64,000 bases of DNA from Candidatus Levybacteria bacterium RIFCSPHIGHO2_01_FULL_36_15b (GCA_001782045.1 MFNK01000003.1:26070-90069); one strand, 5' to 3'. Positions 38,471 to 48,765 are shown, numbered from the stretch's first letter. Notes: a model not told the origin generated them from the sequence alone. A program made the numbers and translations.

Positions 38471-38726
38471 CCACTGCTAAATCGTCTATATAGCAATATT
38501 TCCAGTTTTCTCCGAATTCAAAAGATTTAATAACAGGATGTTTAGTCTTTTTGAAATGTTTTGTGGCGTGTTTATTTTTAGAGCTGTCGCAGCATCCAAC
38601 ATGTCCGCAAGTTAGGCAAAGTCTTAAATGAACCCACTCATCACCTAATTTTAGACACTCTTCACAACCCTGCGGCGTTTTAGCCTTAATCGACTTAGCG
38701 TTTTTTAAATGAGTGCAAATATTCAC
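38463..38726 (-). CDS. UBP-type zinc finger protein
   Basis: CTH, CEEC, WVHLRLCLTCGHVGCCDSS..HATKH. Confidence 0.9.
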   Translation of the reverse strand: MNICTHLKNAKSIKAKTPQGCEECLKLGDEWVHLRLCLTCGHVGCCDSSKNKHATKHFKKTKHPVIKSFEFGENWKYCYIDDLAVAK

Positions 38727-38785
38727 AAATTTATTATACCTTAATCATATTGCAAAAAAGAGTTTCTAGTGTATAATCACTCCTT

Positions 38786-39091
38786 GTGGAAAAAGAAGAG
38801 AGTATTCATAAACAACAAGAATATAGCGTGCACAGAATTGCTACTTTTGGAAGAAAGAAGCTTGGGGAAATTAACCTTCACTATACAGGCGAACTTTTTT
38901 TAGGACTTAAGGCCAAAGACTTGGATAAAGAGACCGCAGAATTGTACGAGTTAGGAAGAAGAGCATTCGGGCATGTACGTGCTGGCACTCGTGTTTATAT
39001 GATCCGAAAGATAGATGTGTATAAAACAGGACCTGGGGTTGATGATATTAATGTAAAGGTGTTTATGGAAAGTGATTTAACCAAGTCTTAG
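38786..39091 (+). CDS. Hypothetical protein
   Basis: GTG start shortly after TGTATAAT. Confidence 0.6.
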   Translation: MEKEESIHKQQEYSVHRIATFGRKKLGEINLHYTGELFLGLKAKDLDKETAELYELGRRAFGHVRAGTRVYMIRKIDVYKTGPGVDDINVKVFMESDLTKS

Positions 39092-40302
39092 GAAACTTTT
39101 TCTTTAATTTCTTCTAATTTAACTTCTTCTTGTTTTCCACTTTTCATATTTTTTAAGACTAGTTTATTTTCATTTATAATTAAAACAAAAGGTAGTCCTT
39201 TTTTATCTGCGTATTTAAGTTGCTTTTCTAGAGTTACATCATCAAGATAAAATTCAACATTTATGCCTTTTTCCCTTAATTCATTAGTAACCTTCATTGC
39301 TTTTTCTTGCAAGTCTGAAGCCGAATAAGCTACTAACAAATTATTTTCGCTTGAGCTTTTTGGAAATAAACTAAGCTCTTCCATAGCCTCAATTAGTCTA
39401 TCAAAGCCAAAAGCAAAACCTACAGATGGAAAATCTTTATTAGCAAACATTCCAATTAGGTTGTCATATCTTCCGCCTCCTGCTATAGAACCCACATCGT
39501 ATCCTTCAACTTCCACTTCAAAAATAAGTCCCGTGTAGTAGTCTAAGCCCCTGGCAAGAGTGGGTAAAAATTCAACAACTCCCTTGTCCACTCCCATTTT
39601 ATCCAATGCTTGAATTAACTCTTTGATTCTGTCAGTTGGCTTTTCATTTTCAAGAGTTTCAAGTAAATAATTTGCTTTATTTTCTGGAATTCCATTTCTT
39701 GTAAGTTCGGCAAGAACCTCTTGTCTACCTATCTTTTTAAGCTTATCGACAGCTTTTACTACAATCGGAATATCTTTGTCAGTTACCCCTAAATTTGGCA
39801 AGTTAGTAAAAAGCATTCTATCATTAACTAAAATTTTGAATTTTTTAAATCCTAATTTCTCCAATGATCTTGCGCAGACTGCGATTATTTCAACATCAGA
39901 CAATAGGGAATAAGAACCAACTATGTCTGCATCAACATGTAGAAGCTCTCTATATCTTCCTTTTTGTGTGTTTTCTGCTCTCCATACATTTTGAATTTGA
40001 TATCGCTTAAAGGGGATAGGCAAGTCGTTTTGATACTCTGCAACAACCCTAGCTAGTGGGACAGTTTGGTCGTAGCGAAGAGCAACTTTCCTTTTCCCGT
40101 TGTCTTCAAACTTGTACATTAACTTATCTCCTTCGTCTCCATATTTACCTGTTAAAATTTCTTCGTATTCTAAAGCTGGTGTTTCCAGTGGTTCAAAACC
40201 ATAGGACTCAAACACTTTTTTCAAAGTTTCTAAAACGTACTGTCTTTTTCGGGCTTCTTTTGGCAAAAAATCCCTAAAGCCCTTTAATGTCTGGATATTC
40301 AT
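39088..40302 (-). CDS. hisS: Histidyl-tRNA synthetase
   Basis: KGFRD, LRYDQT, RGLDYYTG, GGGRYD. Confidence 0.96.
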   Translation of the reverse strand: MNIQTLKGFRDFLPKEARKRQYVLETLKKVFESYGFEPLETPALEYEEILTGKYGDEGDKLMYKFEDNGKRKVALRYDQTVPLARVVAEYQNDLPIPFKRYQIQNVWRAENTQKGRYRELLHVDADIVGSYSLLSDVEIIAVCARSLEKLGFKKFKILVNDRMLFTNLPNLGVTDKDIPIVVKAVDKLKKIGRQEVLAELTRNGIPENKANYLLETLENEKPTDRIKELIQALDKMGVDKGVVEFLPTLARGLDYYTGLIFEVEVEGYDVGSIAGGGRYDNLIGMFANKDFPSVGFAFGFDRLIEAMEELSLFPKSSSENNLLVAYSASDLQEKAMKVTNELREKGINVEFYLDDVTLEKQLKYADKKGLPFVLIINENKLVLKNMKSGKQEEVKLEEIKEKVS

Positions 40303-40379
40303 AACTCAATTATACAATAAGTAGGGTAATTGTAGAAGAAAACTTGACAATATTATCGTAAGTATGATATTTATTTGTC

Positions 40380-40895
40380 ATGAGTTTGCACGAAGGTGAA
40401 TCATTAATTGATCAAGCTGCAGCGCGCGCTCGAAGCGCAGAAGAAGTAAAAGAACTACAATCAAAACTCCATCATGCTTATTTTGAATTTGCTAACGAGT
40501 GCGTTCCCAGTAAAAAAGATCTTATGAAAAGGCACGGATGGTCAAAAGAGCTAATCGGAGATGTCTTAGATGCAGTCGTTAAATCAACCGATGGAAAAGA
40601 CGTTAAAGTTACTTTAACCTTTAATGAGACAGGTATGTTAATGCAGGTTGATAGAGTTAAGATAGATGTAGACAATATTCCGGAAATTTTTGTAACATCC
40701 TCATTTGGTACAGGCAAAGCTGAAAGCAGGGGAAGGTTAAGTCCTTCTAATCCTCGTATCGGAGGAGTTTATCAATCCACGCCGGGAAACGTGAGAGATT
40801 TAGAAATGAAGGACATAACGTTGCTCACAGGCTTGCTTGAGCAACTAAAAGATTCTTCTACTCAAATAATATTTAGGCAAACTACTCCTCATTAA
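40380..40895 (+). CDS. Hypothetical protein
   Basis: 171-aa ORF with upstream TTGACA. Confidence 0.65.
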   Translation: MSLHEGESLIDQAAARARSAEEVKELQSKLHHAYFEFANECVPSKKDLMKRHGWSKELIGDVLDAVVKSTDGKDVKVTLTFNETGMLMQVDRVKIDVDNIPEIFVTSSFGTGKAESRGRLSPSNPRIGGVYQSTPGNVRDLEMKDITLLTGLLEQLKDSSTQIIFRQTTPH

Positions 40896-40902
40896 TCAGT
40901 AA

Positions 40903-41640
40903 CTACTTAACAATTGGCTGAAGTTTTACCCCGCTACCGGTTGAGGCTGGAACTGTAGGAATACTTTTATCCAAATTAATTTTAGAACTTGCTAATATTT
41001 CTGGAAAAAGAAAAACCCTTGAGGCAATAATTTTATTTTTATTTGCTATATCCAAAACTCCAACTGCAACAATAGTTTCTCCTTCTTTAATTTTAGAAAA
41101 GCCAGCTTTTAAAAGATCCTCGTTAGAGTAGCTGTATGTTTTTGTAACTGTTTCAATTTCTACTATATTTTTTGCCCCATTTTCTTTAGCAACCGTAATT
41201 GTAAAATTTTTCGCATCAATTGCATAAACCGCACCATATATAATTACAGGTGGTTTTTGTTCTTCATAAATTAAACGCGCTTGCGTTCTTCTTGAGTCTT
41301 TATTAAAAAGCCCTATTACACCAAGGCTCATATTTTTATTGATGTCCGAGATTCCAAATGAATTACTTGAGGATGAAGAAAACTTTGTAAGCTCGTCTAC
41401 GTCTACAAATCTAGGTTCATTACTGATTGTTAGAAGAGAGATCTGTGAGTCGGAAATGTCGGAAACCGTTCCGAAAATAGCTTTTTTTTCAACAAGGTTA
41501 AGCTGCGCAACTTTGGATGCAATTTTCTCTTTAAGCTCGTCTACTTGTTTTTGCAAATTCGGGCTTTGAGCATAAATATTTGGGCAAAATAGGGAAAATA
41601 AAACTATTAAAATAAATAAAATTTTCGAAAATCTTCTCAT
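40903..41640 (-). CDS. Secreted hypothetical protein (tandem OB-like / DUF5666-like repeats)
   Basis: Signal peptide, coiled coil, two G.V..I...T.. modules. Confidence 0.7.
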   Translation of the reverse strand: MRRFSKILFILIVLFSLFCPNIYAQSPNLQKQVDELKEKIASKVAQLNLVEKKAIFGTVSDISDSQISLLTISNEPRFVDVDELTKFSSSSSNSFGISDINKNMSLGVIGLFNKDSRRTQARLIYEEQKPPVIIYGAVYAIDAKNFTITVAKENGAKNIVEIETVTKTYSYSNEDLLKAGFSKIKEGETIVAVGVLDIANKNKIIASRVFLFPEILASSKINLDKSIPTVPASTGSGVKLQPIVK

Positions 41641-41641
41641 A

Positions 41642-42064
41642 TTAAAAATCCTCACTTGAATATCCTATTACTCTTTCTACTGTTTGGGTTTCGCCATTTT
41701 CATCAATTGCTTGCACTCTTAGATAGTTTAATCCTTCACTTAATTGAATGGTAGTTGAAAAATCTCCCTGCAAGGAGGGTTTTATAATTTCCTGATCAGA
41801 AGAAGTTAAAACAATTATTGTTGCTGTAACTGTAGTCTTACCAGAGACTTTTATGGTTTTTTTGTCGCTCAAGGATTCGTCTTTTGGCTCATTTAAAATT
41901 AAAAATAAAGAAGAAGTTTGCGTTGGGGTGGGGGATATACTTTGTGAGATAGTATTTTGCGTTGAGATTTTTTTAGAATTTTGGTAAAGAAAAAACGCAG
42001 CTCCCGCAACGGAGAGTCCTATCAAAATTGCCACAAAAGACAGAATTACTTTTTCTTGTTTCAT
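41642..42064 (-). CDS. Membrane-anchored Ig-like domain protein
   Basis: TM helix, then VSGKT...L.EG.N...V.A.D. Confidence 0.7.
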   Translation of the reverse strand: MKQEKVILSFVAILIGLSVAGAAFFLYQNSKKISTQNTISQSISPTPTQTSSLFLILNEPKDESLSDKKTIKVSGKTTVTATIIVLTSSDQEIIKPSLQGDFSTTIQLSEGLNYLRVQAIDENGETQTVERVIGYSSEDF

Positions 42065-42136
42065 TATCTAGGTAACCCATAATACGAAAAATAGCTTGTA
42101 TTGTCAAGAAAATTTTAATGTGTTAGGATTATTGTT

Positions 42137-42655
42137 ATGGATGTTTCGCAGCTTTCAGAAAACTCGCTAAAATTAAAAATAAAAAAAACAAACTTGATAG
42201 TTAATCCCACCGGAAAAACACCAAAGACAGAAGGGGATGCTGTAATTGCAACGATTCCCGATGCAGATATAGATAGAGTAAAAGATTATAGAGTTTTTAT
42301 TAACTCAACCGGAGAATATGAAGTTGGAGGATTAAAGATTTCATGTGTTAAAGAAGATGGAGGATTTATGTTTATCTTTAATTCCGATGGAAAAGAAATT
42401 GCTATGGTTGACGCAAGTACTCTGTCTAAAATTCCTGCAGACAAAGTAAGGGAATGCGCAATTGCTTTAATAAACGCAGATATAGAAATTCCTGAAAATG
42501 TGATAACCGCTATGGAACCCAGAGCGATTGTTTTATATGGAGAAAAAGCAAAGTCAGCAGCTCAGAGTCTTGGTAAAAGCGTTTCGTCTTCTACAAAGGT
42601 AAGTATTGCGGAAGATAAGCTTCCAGAGGAGACCGCTGTTTATCTTTTAAGTTAA
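42137..42655 (+). CDS. Degenerate metallo-beta-lactamase-fold protein
   Basis: GEYEVGG, MEPRAIV; no HxHxDH motif. Confidence 0.55.
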   Translation: MDVSQLSENSLKLKIKKTNLIVNPTGKTPKTEGDAVIATIPDADIDRVKDYRVFINSTGEYEVGGLKISCVKEDGGFMFIFNSDGKEIAMVDASTLSKIPADKVRECAIALINADIEIPENVITAMEPRAIVLYGEKAKSAAQSLGKSVSSSTKVSIAEDKLPEETAVYLLS

Positions 42656-42704
42656 ATTTCCTACTTTACAAAACGGTAATTTTAAACTAAAGTTTTTATA
42701 CCTT

Positions 42705-44036
42705 ATGGCAAACATGAAAGTCCCGCCTAACAATAATGAGGCAGAAGAGAGCGTTTTAGGAGCAATACTGATTGACAAAGACTCAATCGGTTTAGTCTCG
42801 GAAATTGTTAAGCCATTTGATTTTTATAATGACGTAAACGGGATTATTTTTGAAGCAATGCTTTCTTTGTTTGAAGAAAGAAAGCCTATTGATGTTCTTA
42901 CCTTAACGCAAAGACTTAAAAAAAATAAAAAAGATAAAATAGTTGATGTATCTTATCTTACAGAACTGGTTAATAAAGTTCCAACAGCAGCAAATATAGA
43001 AGAATACGCACAAATTATTAAAGATGCCTCTACAAGAAGAAATCTAATATCAGCAGGTGGGCAAATTGCAGAAAACGCATTTGATGAAGAAGAAAAATTG
43101 GAGAAACTTTTGGATAAAGCAGAAAGTTCCATTTTTGCAATTTCTCAAGGTCACAATATAAAAGGATTTACAACGCTTAAAGAAAGTCTTGCACAAAGCT
43201 TTGAAAGAATAGACGAATTACATAAGAAAGGATCAGGCTTTAGGGGAATTCAAACAGGATTTACTGACTTGGATAATATTCTGTCCGGAATGCAAGAGAG
43301 TAACCTTTTAATTTTAGCTGCAAGGCCAGGGCAGGGAAAAACGGCAATGATTATTAACATTGCCCAAAATATTGCAGTAGCACAAAAACTTCCCGTTGGT
43401 ATTTTTTCACTCGAAATGAGCCAGGAAGAATTAGTTGACAGGCTTTTAATTGGACAGGCAGATATAGATGCATGGAGGTTAAAAACCGGAAAACTGGTTG
43501 AAGCAGATTTTACCAAGCTTTCTACGGCAATGGGGGAGTTGGCAGATGCGCCACTTTATATTGATGATATGCCCGGACTTTCCATTTCGGAAATTAGAAC
43601 CAAAGCAAGAAGACTCCAGCTTGAATATGGAGTAAAACTTTTAATTGTTGACTATCTTCAGCTTGCAGATCCGGGGAAAAAATATGATAGCAGGGTTCAG
43701 GAAGTATCAATTGTTTCCCAAGGACTTAAAAACTTAGCAAGGGAGTTAAAAATCCCGGTTTTAGCTGTTTCGCAGCTTTCCCGCGCAGTCGAGCACAGAG
43801 GAGAAAGAAGACCTCAGTTAGCTGATTTGAGGGAGTCGGGAGCCATAGAGCAGGATGCCGATGTGGTAATGTTTTTATATAGAATGGATGCAGAAGTAAC
43901 GGGTAATGTTATTCCCACCAAACTATCAATCGCAAAACACAGAAACGGACCAATGGGAGAAATCGATTTACTTTTTAGAGGAGATAGGATAAGATTTTAT
44001 AATATGGATAAAAAACGGGGAGGGGGTGAAAGTTAA
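42705..44036 (+). CDS. dnaB: Replicative DNA helicase
   Basis: AARPGQGKT, FSLEM, VDYLQL, SQLSR, LRESGAIEQDAD. Confidence 0.97.
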   Translation: MANMKVPPNNNEAEESVLGAILIDKDSIGLVSEIVKPFDFYNDVNGIIFEAMLSLFEERKPIDVLTLTQRLKKNKKDKIVDVSYLTELVNKVPTAANIEEYAQIIKDASTRRNLISAGGQIAENAFDEEEKLEKLLDKAESSIFAISQGHNIKGFTTLKESLAQSFERIDELHKKGSGFRGIQTGFTDLDNILSGMQESNLLILAARPGQGKTAMIINIAQNIAVAQKLPVGIFSLEMSQEELVDRLLIGQADIDAWRLKTGKLVEADFTKLSTAMGELADAPLYIDDMPGLSISEIRTKARRLQLEYGVKLLIVDYLQLADPGKKYDSRVQEVSIVSQGLKNLARELKIPVLAVSQLSRAVEHRGERRPQLADLRESGAIEQDADVVMFLYRMDAEVTGNVIPTKLSIAKHRNGPMGEIDLLFRGDRIRFYNMDKKRGGGES

Positions 44037-44305
44037 TGGACGGACAAAATGATATGCCAGGAGCAGGAGCTCCAACACAAGATCCGATGCAAACTCCTCC
44101 GGCAGGTACGGATACACCACCTGCAACTCCGGTTGATGATCAAATGCCAGGAGCAGGAGAGCCAGCAGCACCGGTTGGTACACCGGAACCAATGCCAGAA
44201 CCAGGAACAGGGACTGGCGAACCTATGCCAGCACCTCAAGATGATCAAAATCAAGGAGGTCAAGGCGGAGCAGGAGGCGGAATGCCCCCTGGTCAAGGAA
44301 TGTAA
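44036..44305 (+). CDS. Pro/Gly-rich low-complexity small protein
   Basis: SD GGAGGGGGTGA, overlaps dnaB stop, repeated MPGAG. Confidence 0.6.
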   Translation: MDGQNDMPGAGAPTQDPMQTPPAGTDTPPATPVDDQMPGAGEPAAPVGTPEPMPEPGTGTGEPMPAPQDDQNQGGQGGAGGGMPPGQGM

Positions 44306-44325
44306 TCTGATATTAGATTATTACA

Positions 44326-44372
44326 AATTAAACTAATCCTAAAAGAAATTGCAGGGTTAGTTTAATTTTTTT
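44326..44372 (+). terminator. Rho-independent terminator
   Basis: AATTAAACTAATCCT / AGGGTTAGTTTAATT stem followed by a T tract. Confidence 0.6.
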
Positions 44373-44399
44373 GATCGAAACTGATATAATTACAGTCGC

Positions 44400-44482
44400 G
44401 GGCGAGTGGCGGAACGGTATACGCGATAGTCTCAAAAACTATTGGCTGCAAGGCCTTGAGAGTTCGAATCTCTCCTTGCCCA
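44400..44482 (+). tRNA. tRNA-Leu (CAA)
   Basis: Acceptor GGGCGAG/CTTGCCC, anticodon arm ATAGT-CTCAAAA-ACTAT, long variable arm, GTTCGAATC; CCA not encoded. Confidence 0.95.
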
Positions 44483-44528
44483 CAGTTTGAGTTATGAGCA
44501 CAATTAAGCTATACTTTCAACTATGATA

Positions 44529-44570
44529 CATTCAACTTCGTTCAGTATTATGGTGAGGAGACTCGAACCA
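44529..44570. repeat. Back-to-back degenerate REP-like repeats
   Basis: CATTCAACTTCGTTCAGTA followed by TGGTGAGGAGACTCGAACCA. Confidence 0.45.
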
Positions 44571-45523
44571 TGACACTTCAAGAAATTTACGAATTAGCTG
44601 TTTCTATGGGAATAAAGGCAGACCCTAGAGGAGAAAGAGAAGTAGAAAAAGCACGCGCGAGAATAAAAAAACGCTATGAAGATTCTCCCGAAAAGAAAAA
44701 GAAATTTTTTGACAAAGAATCTTTAAATAATCCATATTCAGATTCAAGAATTTTATTTGGAGATCCAAAAACCTCAGTTAAAAGATTACTTGCAGGAATC
44801 GATGCAGACGCTTCCGAAGTTTTGCTTGCAGATAGGTTGCGAGAAAAGGGCGAAAGAATCGACCTACTACTGTCTCATCATCCCTCGGGTCACGCTCTTG
44901 CTGGACTTTATGAAGTGATGGAAATGCAGGCTGAAATGTTTGCCAAATCTGGCGTTCCAATAAATGTAGCGCATGCATTAATGCTTGAAAAGATGGGACA
45001 GGTTCATAGAAGATTTTCACCAATGAATCATGGACAAGCAATAGATACTGCGAGGCTTTTAAACGTTCCTCTTTTGGCTCTCCACACAGTCTGGGATAAT
45101 CTTGGACATAAGTTTATGGAAGACTACCTAAGTAAAAAAGAATTTGATACAGCGGGAGAAGTATTAGATGCTGTTAATGAAATTCCTGAATTTATTGAAA
45201 GTACAAAGGGCAAATCGGGGCCTTTTCTTGCTGCAGGTTCTACAAACAGCAGAGCAGGAAAAATAGCGGTTGGATTCACTGGGGGAACAAGTGCTCCAAA
45301 GGAGCTATATTCTGAACTAGCTAAAGCGGGAGTGGGGACATTAGTTGAAATGCACGTTTCTGAAGAAACCTTAACAGAGCTCAAAAAAATTCATATCAAT
45401 GTAATTGATACGGGACATATGGCGGCTGATTCTATTGGAGCAAATATATTCTTGGATGAACTAACAAGAAAGGGAATAGAGATAATTCCATGCTCCGGAC
45501 TTATCCGCGTAAAAAGAAAATAA
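44570..45523 (+). CDS. NIF3/NGG1p-interacting-factor-like protein
   Basis: AGID, SHHP, HTVWDN, EMH, GHMAADSIG. Confidence 0.82.
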   Translation: MTLQEIYELAVSMGIKADPRGEREVEKARARIKKRYEDSPEKKKKFFDKESLNNPYSDSRILFGDPKTSVKRLLAGIDADASEVLLADRLREKGERIDLLLSHHPSGHALAGLYEVMEMQAEMFAKSGVPINVAHALMLEKMGQVHRRFSPMNHGQAIDTARLLNVPLLALHTVWDNLGHKFMEDYLSKKEFDTAGEVLDAVNEIPEFIESTKGKSGPFLAAGSTNSRAGKIAVGFTGGTSAPKELYSELAKAGVGTLVEMHVSEETLTELKKIHINVIDTGHMAADSIGANIFLDELTRKGIEIIPCSGLIRVKRK

Positions 45524-45524
45524 A

Positions 45525-46085
45525 ATGATTGGCGTAACGGATCTTCGTTCCGGAACTATTTTTGAGGAAAACGGTAATTTACTGCAGGTTTTAACTTACG
45601 AACACATAAAAATGGGCAGAGGAAGCGCCAATATCAAGGTAAAGGTAAAAAATCTAAGAACAGGTACTGTTATTGACAAAAGCTTTATAAATGGAGCAAA
45701 AGTAAATGACGTCATGGTAATAAAGCGTGATTTACAATATTTATATCGAGATTCCGACTTTTCTTACTTTATGGATCCGAAAACCTTCGAACAAATAAAT
45801 ATACCCCTTAATATAATCGGATCCGACAGTTTTTACTTAAAAGAAGGAGAAAATGTAAATATAAGTTTCTTAGGAAATGAAGCACTTGCTTTAAATCTTC
45901 CTCCGAAAATGATATTTATTGTAGAGGAAACTCCTCCTGGTGTAAAAGGAAATTCGGCAACGAATGTATTTAAAGAGGCAAAACTTGAAAACGGAATGAC
46001 AGTAAAAGTACCGATGTTTGTAAAAATAGGAGATAAAATAAAAATTGATACAAGAACCGGTGCATATAGTGAAAAAGCAAATTAA
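45525..46085 (+). CDS. efp: Elongation factor P
   Basis: HIKMGRG, PGVKGNS, VPMFV, IDTRTG. Confidence 0.95.
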   Translation: MIGVTDLRSGTIFEENGNLLQVLTYEHIKMGRGSANIKVKVKNLRTGTVIDKSFINGAKVNDVMVIKRDLQYLYRDSDFSYFMDPKTFEQINIPLNIIGSDSFYLKEGENVNISFLGNEALALNLPPKMIFIVEETPPGVKGNSATNVFKEAKLENGMTVKVPMFVKIGDKIKIDTRTGAYSEKAN

Positions 46086-47357
46086 ATGAAAAACAATCTT
46101 ATTCTACAAGCTTTTCGAATAAGGCCTTTCTTTCTTCTTATTGCTTCTGAATTTTTTTCTCAGTTTTCAATGAACCTGTTCAATTTTATTTTACTGATCG
46201 TAGTGTTTGCGATTGCGAAGTCGAATTTTGCAGTTTCAGGAGTTGTTATTGCGTTTACTCTTCCCGCTATTCTCTTTGGAATCTGGGCTGGAGTTTTAGT
46301 TGATAGGTGGAATAAGAAAAACGTTCTTTTTATGAGTAATATCTTAAGAGGTTTACTTCTTCTTCCCCTCGTATTTTTACAGGGCAACTTACTTGTAATT
46401 TATTCAATAACGTTTGGAGTTTCTTTGATTACGCAATTTTTTATACCGGCTGAAACTCCTATTATTCCAGTTTTAGTCGGAAGGAAATTGCTTCTTTCTG
46501 CTAATGCTATCTTTGGAATGACTATGTATGCCTCTATCTTTCTTGCATACGCACTGTCAGGGCCAATTCTTTATCTTTTTGGAAAAACAAACGTTTTTAT
46601 TTTTACCAGTCTGCTTTTTTTTATTGCCGCTTTTTTTGCATCAGCTATTCGATATAAAACAAAAATAATTTCTACTACAGATACTCCTGTTGTTTTAGGA
46701 TTTACAGATGAGATTAAAACTGTTGTTCGCCTGTTATCAAAAACAAAAACCCTTTATCATGCACTTTTTGCATTAACGCTCTCACAGGTTTTAATTTATG
46801 TTATGGCTACAATCGGACCGGGCTATGCGGAAAGGGTCCTTATGATAGAAGTAGAAAATTTTCCAATACTTTTTATAACACCCGCAGTAATTGGTATTGC
46901 ATTAGGAGCATTAATTATTGGAAGCTTTTTGCATAAATTTGATAAGTCTTCACTTACAAAGGCGGGTCTGACTCTTCTTGGAATTTCAATTCTTCTTATG
47001 CCTTTTGGAGATAAATTTGAGGCAAGGCAAATAGTACAGTTTATTAACATGTATCTTCCTCATGTACTAAAAATAAATGCAATTCATGTAATGGTTACAC
47101 TTGCTTTTGTAATTGGATTTGCCACAGCATTTATATTTGTTCCGGCAAATACGACCTTACAAGAGGAATCAACAGATGAGAGCAGAGGAAAAATTTATGG
47201 AGTCCTAAATACCATGATTGGGCTTTTGGCCTTTGCCCCGGTTCTTTTGGTAGGTGTTATAGCAGATTCAATCGGTGTTAGAAGCGTAATTGTTGGAATA
47301 GGTGGGATTGTACTTTTAATAGCATTTATTAGAATTTTTATAACAGATAAAAAATGA
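46086..47357 (+). CDS. MFS transporter
   Basis: About 12 TM helices, GVLVDRWNKK motif A. Confidence 0.9.
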   Translation: MKNNLILQAFRIRPFFLLIASEFFSQFSMNLFNFILLIVVFAIAKSNFAVSGVVIAFTLPAILFGIWAGVLVDRWNKKNVLFMSNILRGLLLLPLVFLQGNLLVIYSITFGVSLITQFFIPAETPIIPVLVGRKLLLSANAIFGMTMYASIFLAYALSGPILYLFGKTNVFIFTSLLFFIAAFFASAIRYKTKIISTTDTPVVLGFTDEIKTVVRLLSKTKTLYHALFALTLSQVLIYVMATIGPGYAERVLMIEVENFPILFITPAVIGIALGALIIGSFLHKFDKSSLTKAGLTLLGISILLMPFGDKFEARQIVQFINMYLPHVLKINAIHVMVTLAFVIGFATAFIFVPANTTLQEESTDESRGKIYGVLNTMIGLLAFAPVLLVGVIADSIGVRSVIVGIGGIVLLIAFIRIFITDKK

Positions 47358-48049
47358 TATTAATAAATTTTGTAATATTAATAGTTTGTTTTTTTATTTT
47401 TCTTTATAATTTGTACTTTGTTTCAAAAGAAGACATTCTATTAATACGAAGAGATATTTTAATAAATAAAATTTTTAACCTCGCAATTCTTTCTGCAATT
47501 GCATCTCTTTTTTTTGCACGGCTTTTTTATATACTTTCATATCCCAATCAAATTTTTAATAGTCTGCTTGGGTTTGTTGCTTTTACCTATCATCCCGGCC
47601 TTTCATTGATGGGCGCTATAGCAGGTGGACTATTGTTTATCAGCTTATACTCAAAATACAAAAATTATCCCATTGGTAGGATTTTAGATCTTTTTACTGT
47701 ATCTTTACTAGGCGTACTGCCAATTGTTTATATCCTAATTTTTATAGCTTCACTAGGAAAAACCGATACTGTTTTTAATATCTTTCTAATTATTTCATTC
47801 ATTATAAGTCTAGTTTTTATTAAAGGTGTCTATAAACTGTCTGAAAAAGGAGAACTAAAAGATGGTAGTTTCAGTCTTATTTTTTTAACAGTTTTTTCTC
47901 TTCTATATTTTTTAATAATGCTTTTTTCAAACTTAGAAGACTTTTCTTTTTTAAAAGTAGAAAACTTACTTTCTTTTGTTGTTATATTTTTATCAATTGG
48001 ACTTCTTGTTAATCAGGAAGTTATGAATAAATTTTTAAGTAAGAAATGA
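47354..48049 (+). CDS. Lgt-like membrane protein
   Basis: ARLFY, GLSLMGAIAGG. Confidence 0.55.
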   Translation: MILINFVILIVCFFIFLYNLYFVSKEDILLIRRDILINKIFNLAILSAIASLFFARLFYILSYPNQIFNSLLGFVAFTYHPGLSLMGAIAGGLLFISLYSKYKNYPIGRILDLFTVSLLGVLPIVYILIFIASLGKTDTVFNIFLIISFIISLVFIKGVYKLSEKGELKDGSFSLIFLTVFSLLYFLIMLFSNLEDFSFLKVENLLSFVVIFLSIGLLVNQEVMNKFLSKK

Positions 48050-48765
48050 ATCTAAAAATAATTTATGAAGATGAATCCATTCTTATAATAGACAAGCCTT
48101 CGGGAATAACGGTTAACCGCTCCGATACAACAGTTGGGCAATATACTGTTCAGGATTTTGTTAACGATAAATATCCACTCTTTCTATCACAAGATCTAGA
48201 TACGGAGTCTGATTTTTATAAAAGATCAGGTATAGTTCATAGGATTGATAAAGAAACTTCAGGAATTTTAGTTGTTGCCAAAACAAAAGAAGCCTTTGAA
48301 AACATTCAAGCTCAATTTAAAGAAAGAATAGTAGAAAAAACTTATATTGCATTAGTACATGGATTATTAAAAGGGGAGAGTGGGCAAATTAGTGTTCCCG
48401 TAGGAAGACTTCCATGGAATAGAAAAAGATTTGGTGTGCTTGCCGGTGGAAGGGAGGCTACGACTTTTTACAAAGTTATAAATAGATTTGAAAAGAGAGG
48501 GGGACTTACGCTTCTTGAGCTTAATCCCAAAACTGGTAGAACTCATCAAATAAGAGTACATCTAAAATATTTTAATCATCCTATTTTTTCAGATTTTTTA
48601 TATGCAGGAAGAAAAACCTCAAGGGAAGACAGAAAAGAATTAGAAAGAGTTTTTTTGCATGCAGCAAAGATTTCATTTAAGCATCCAATAACCGGACAAA
48701 AGGTTAACTTTGAAAGCACACTACCTAAAGAATTATCTGATTTTCTTGATAAACTAAGGGTTTGA
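48046..48765 (+). CDS. RluA-family pseudouridine synthase
   Basis: DKPSG, HRIDKETSG, TGRTHQIRVH, LHA. Confidence 0.93.
   Translation: MNLKIIYEDESILIIDKPSGITVNRSDTTVGQYTVQDFVNDKYPLFLSQDLDTESDFYKRSGIVHRIDKETSGILVVAKTKEAFENIQAQFKERIVEKTYIALVHGLLKGESGQISVPVGRLPWNRKRFGVLAGGREATTFYKVINRFEKRGGLTLLELNPKTGRTHQIRVHLKYFNHPIFSDFLYAGRKTSREDRKELERVFLHAAKISFKHPITGQKVNFESTLPKELSDFLDKLRV

Noticed and set aside
44400-44570. tRNA-Leu as an island integration site
   Set aside because: No duplicated tRNA 3' end or adjacent integrase seen; the flanking genes look like core genes.
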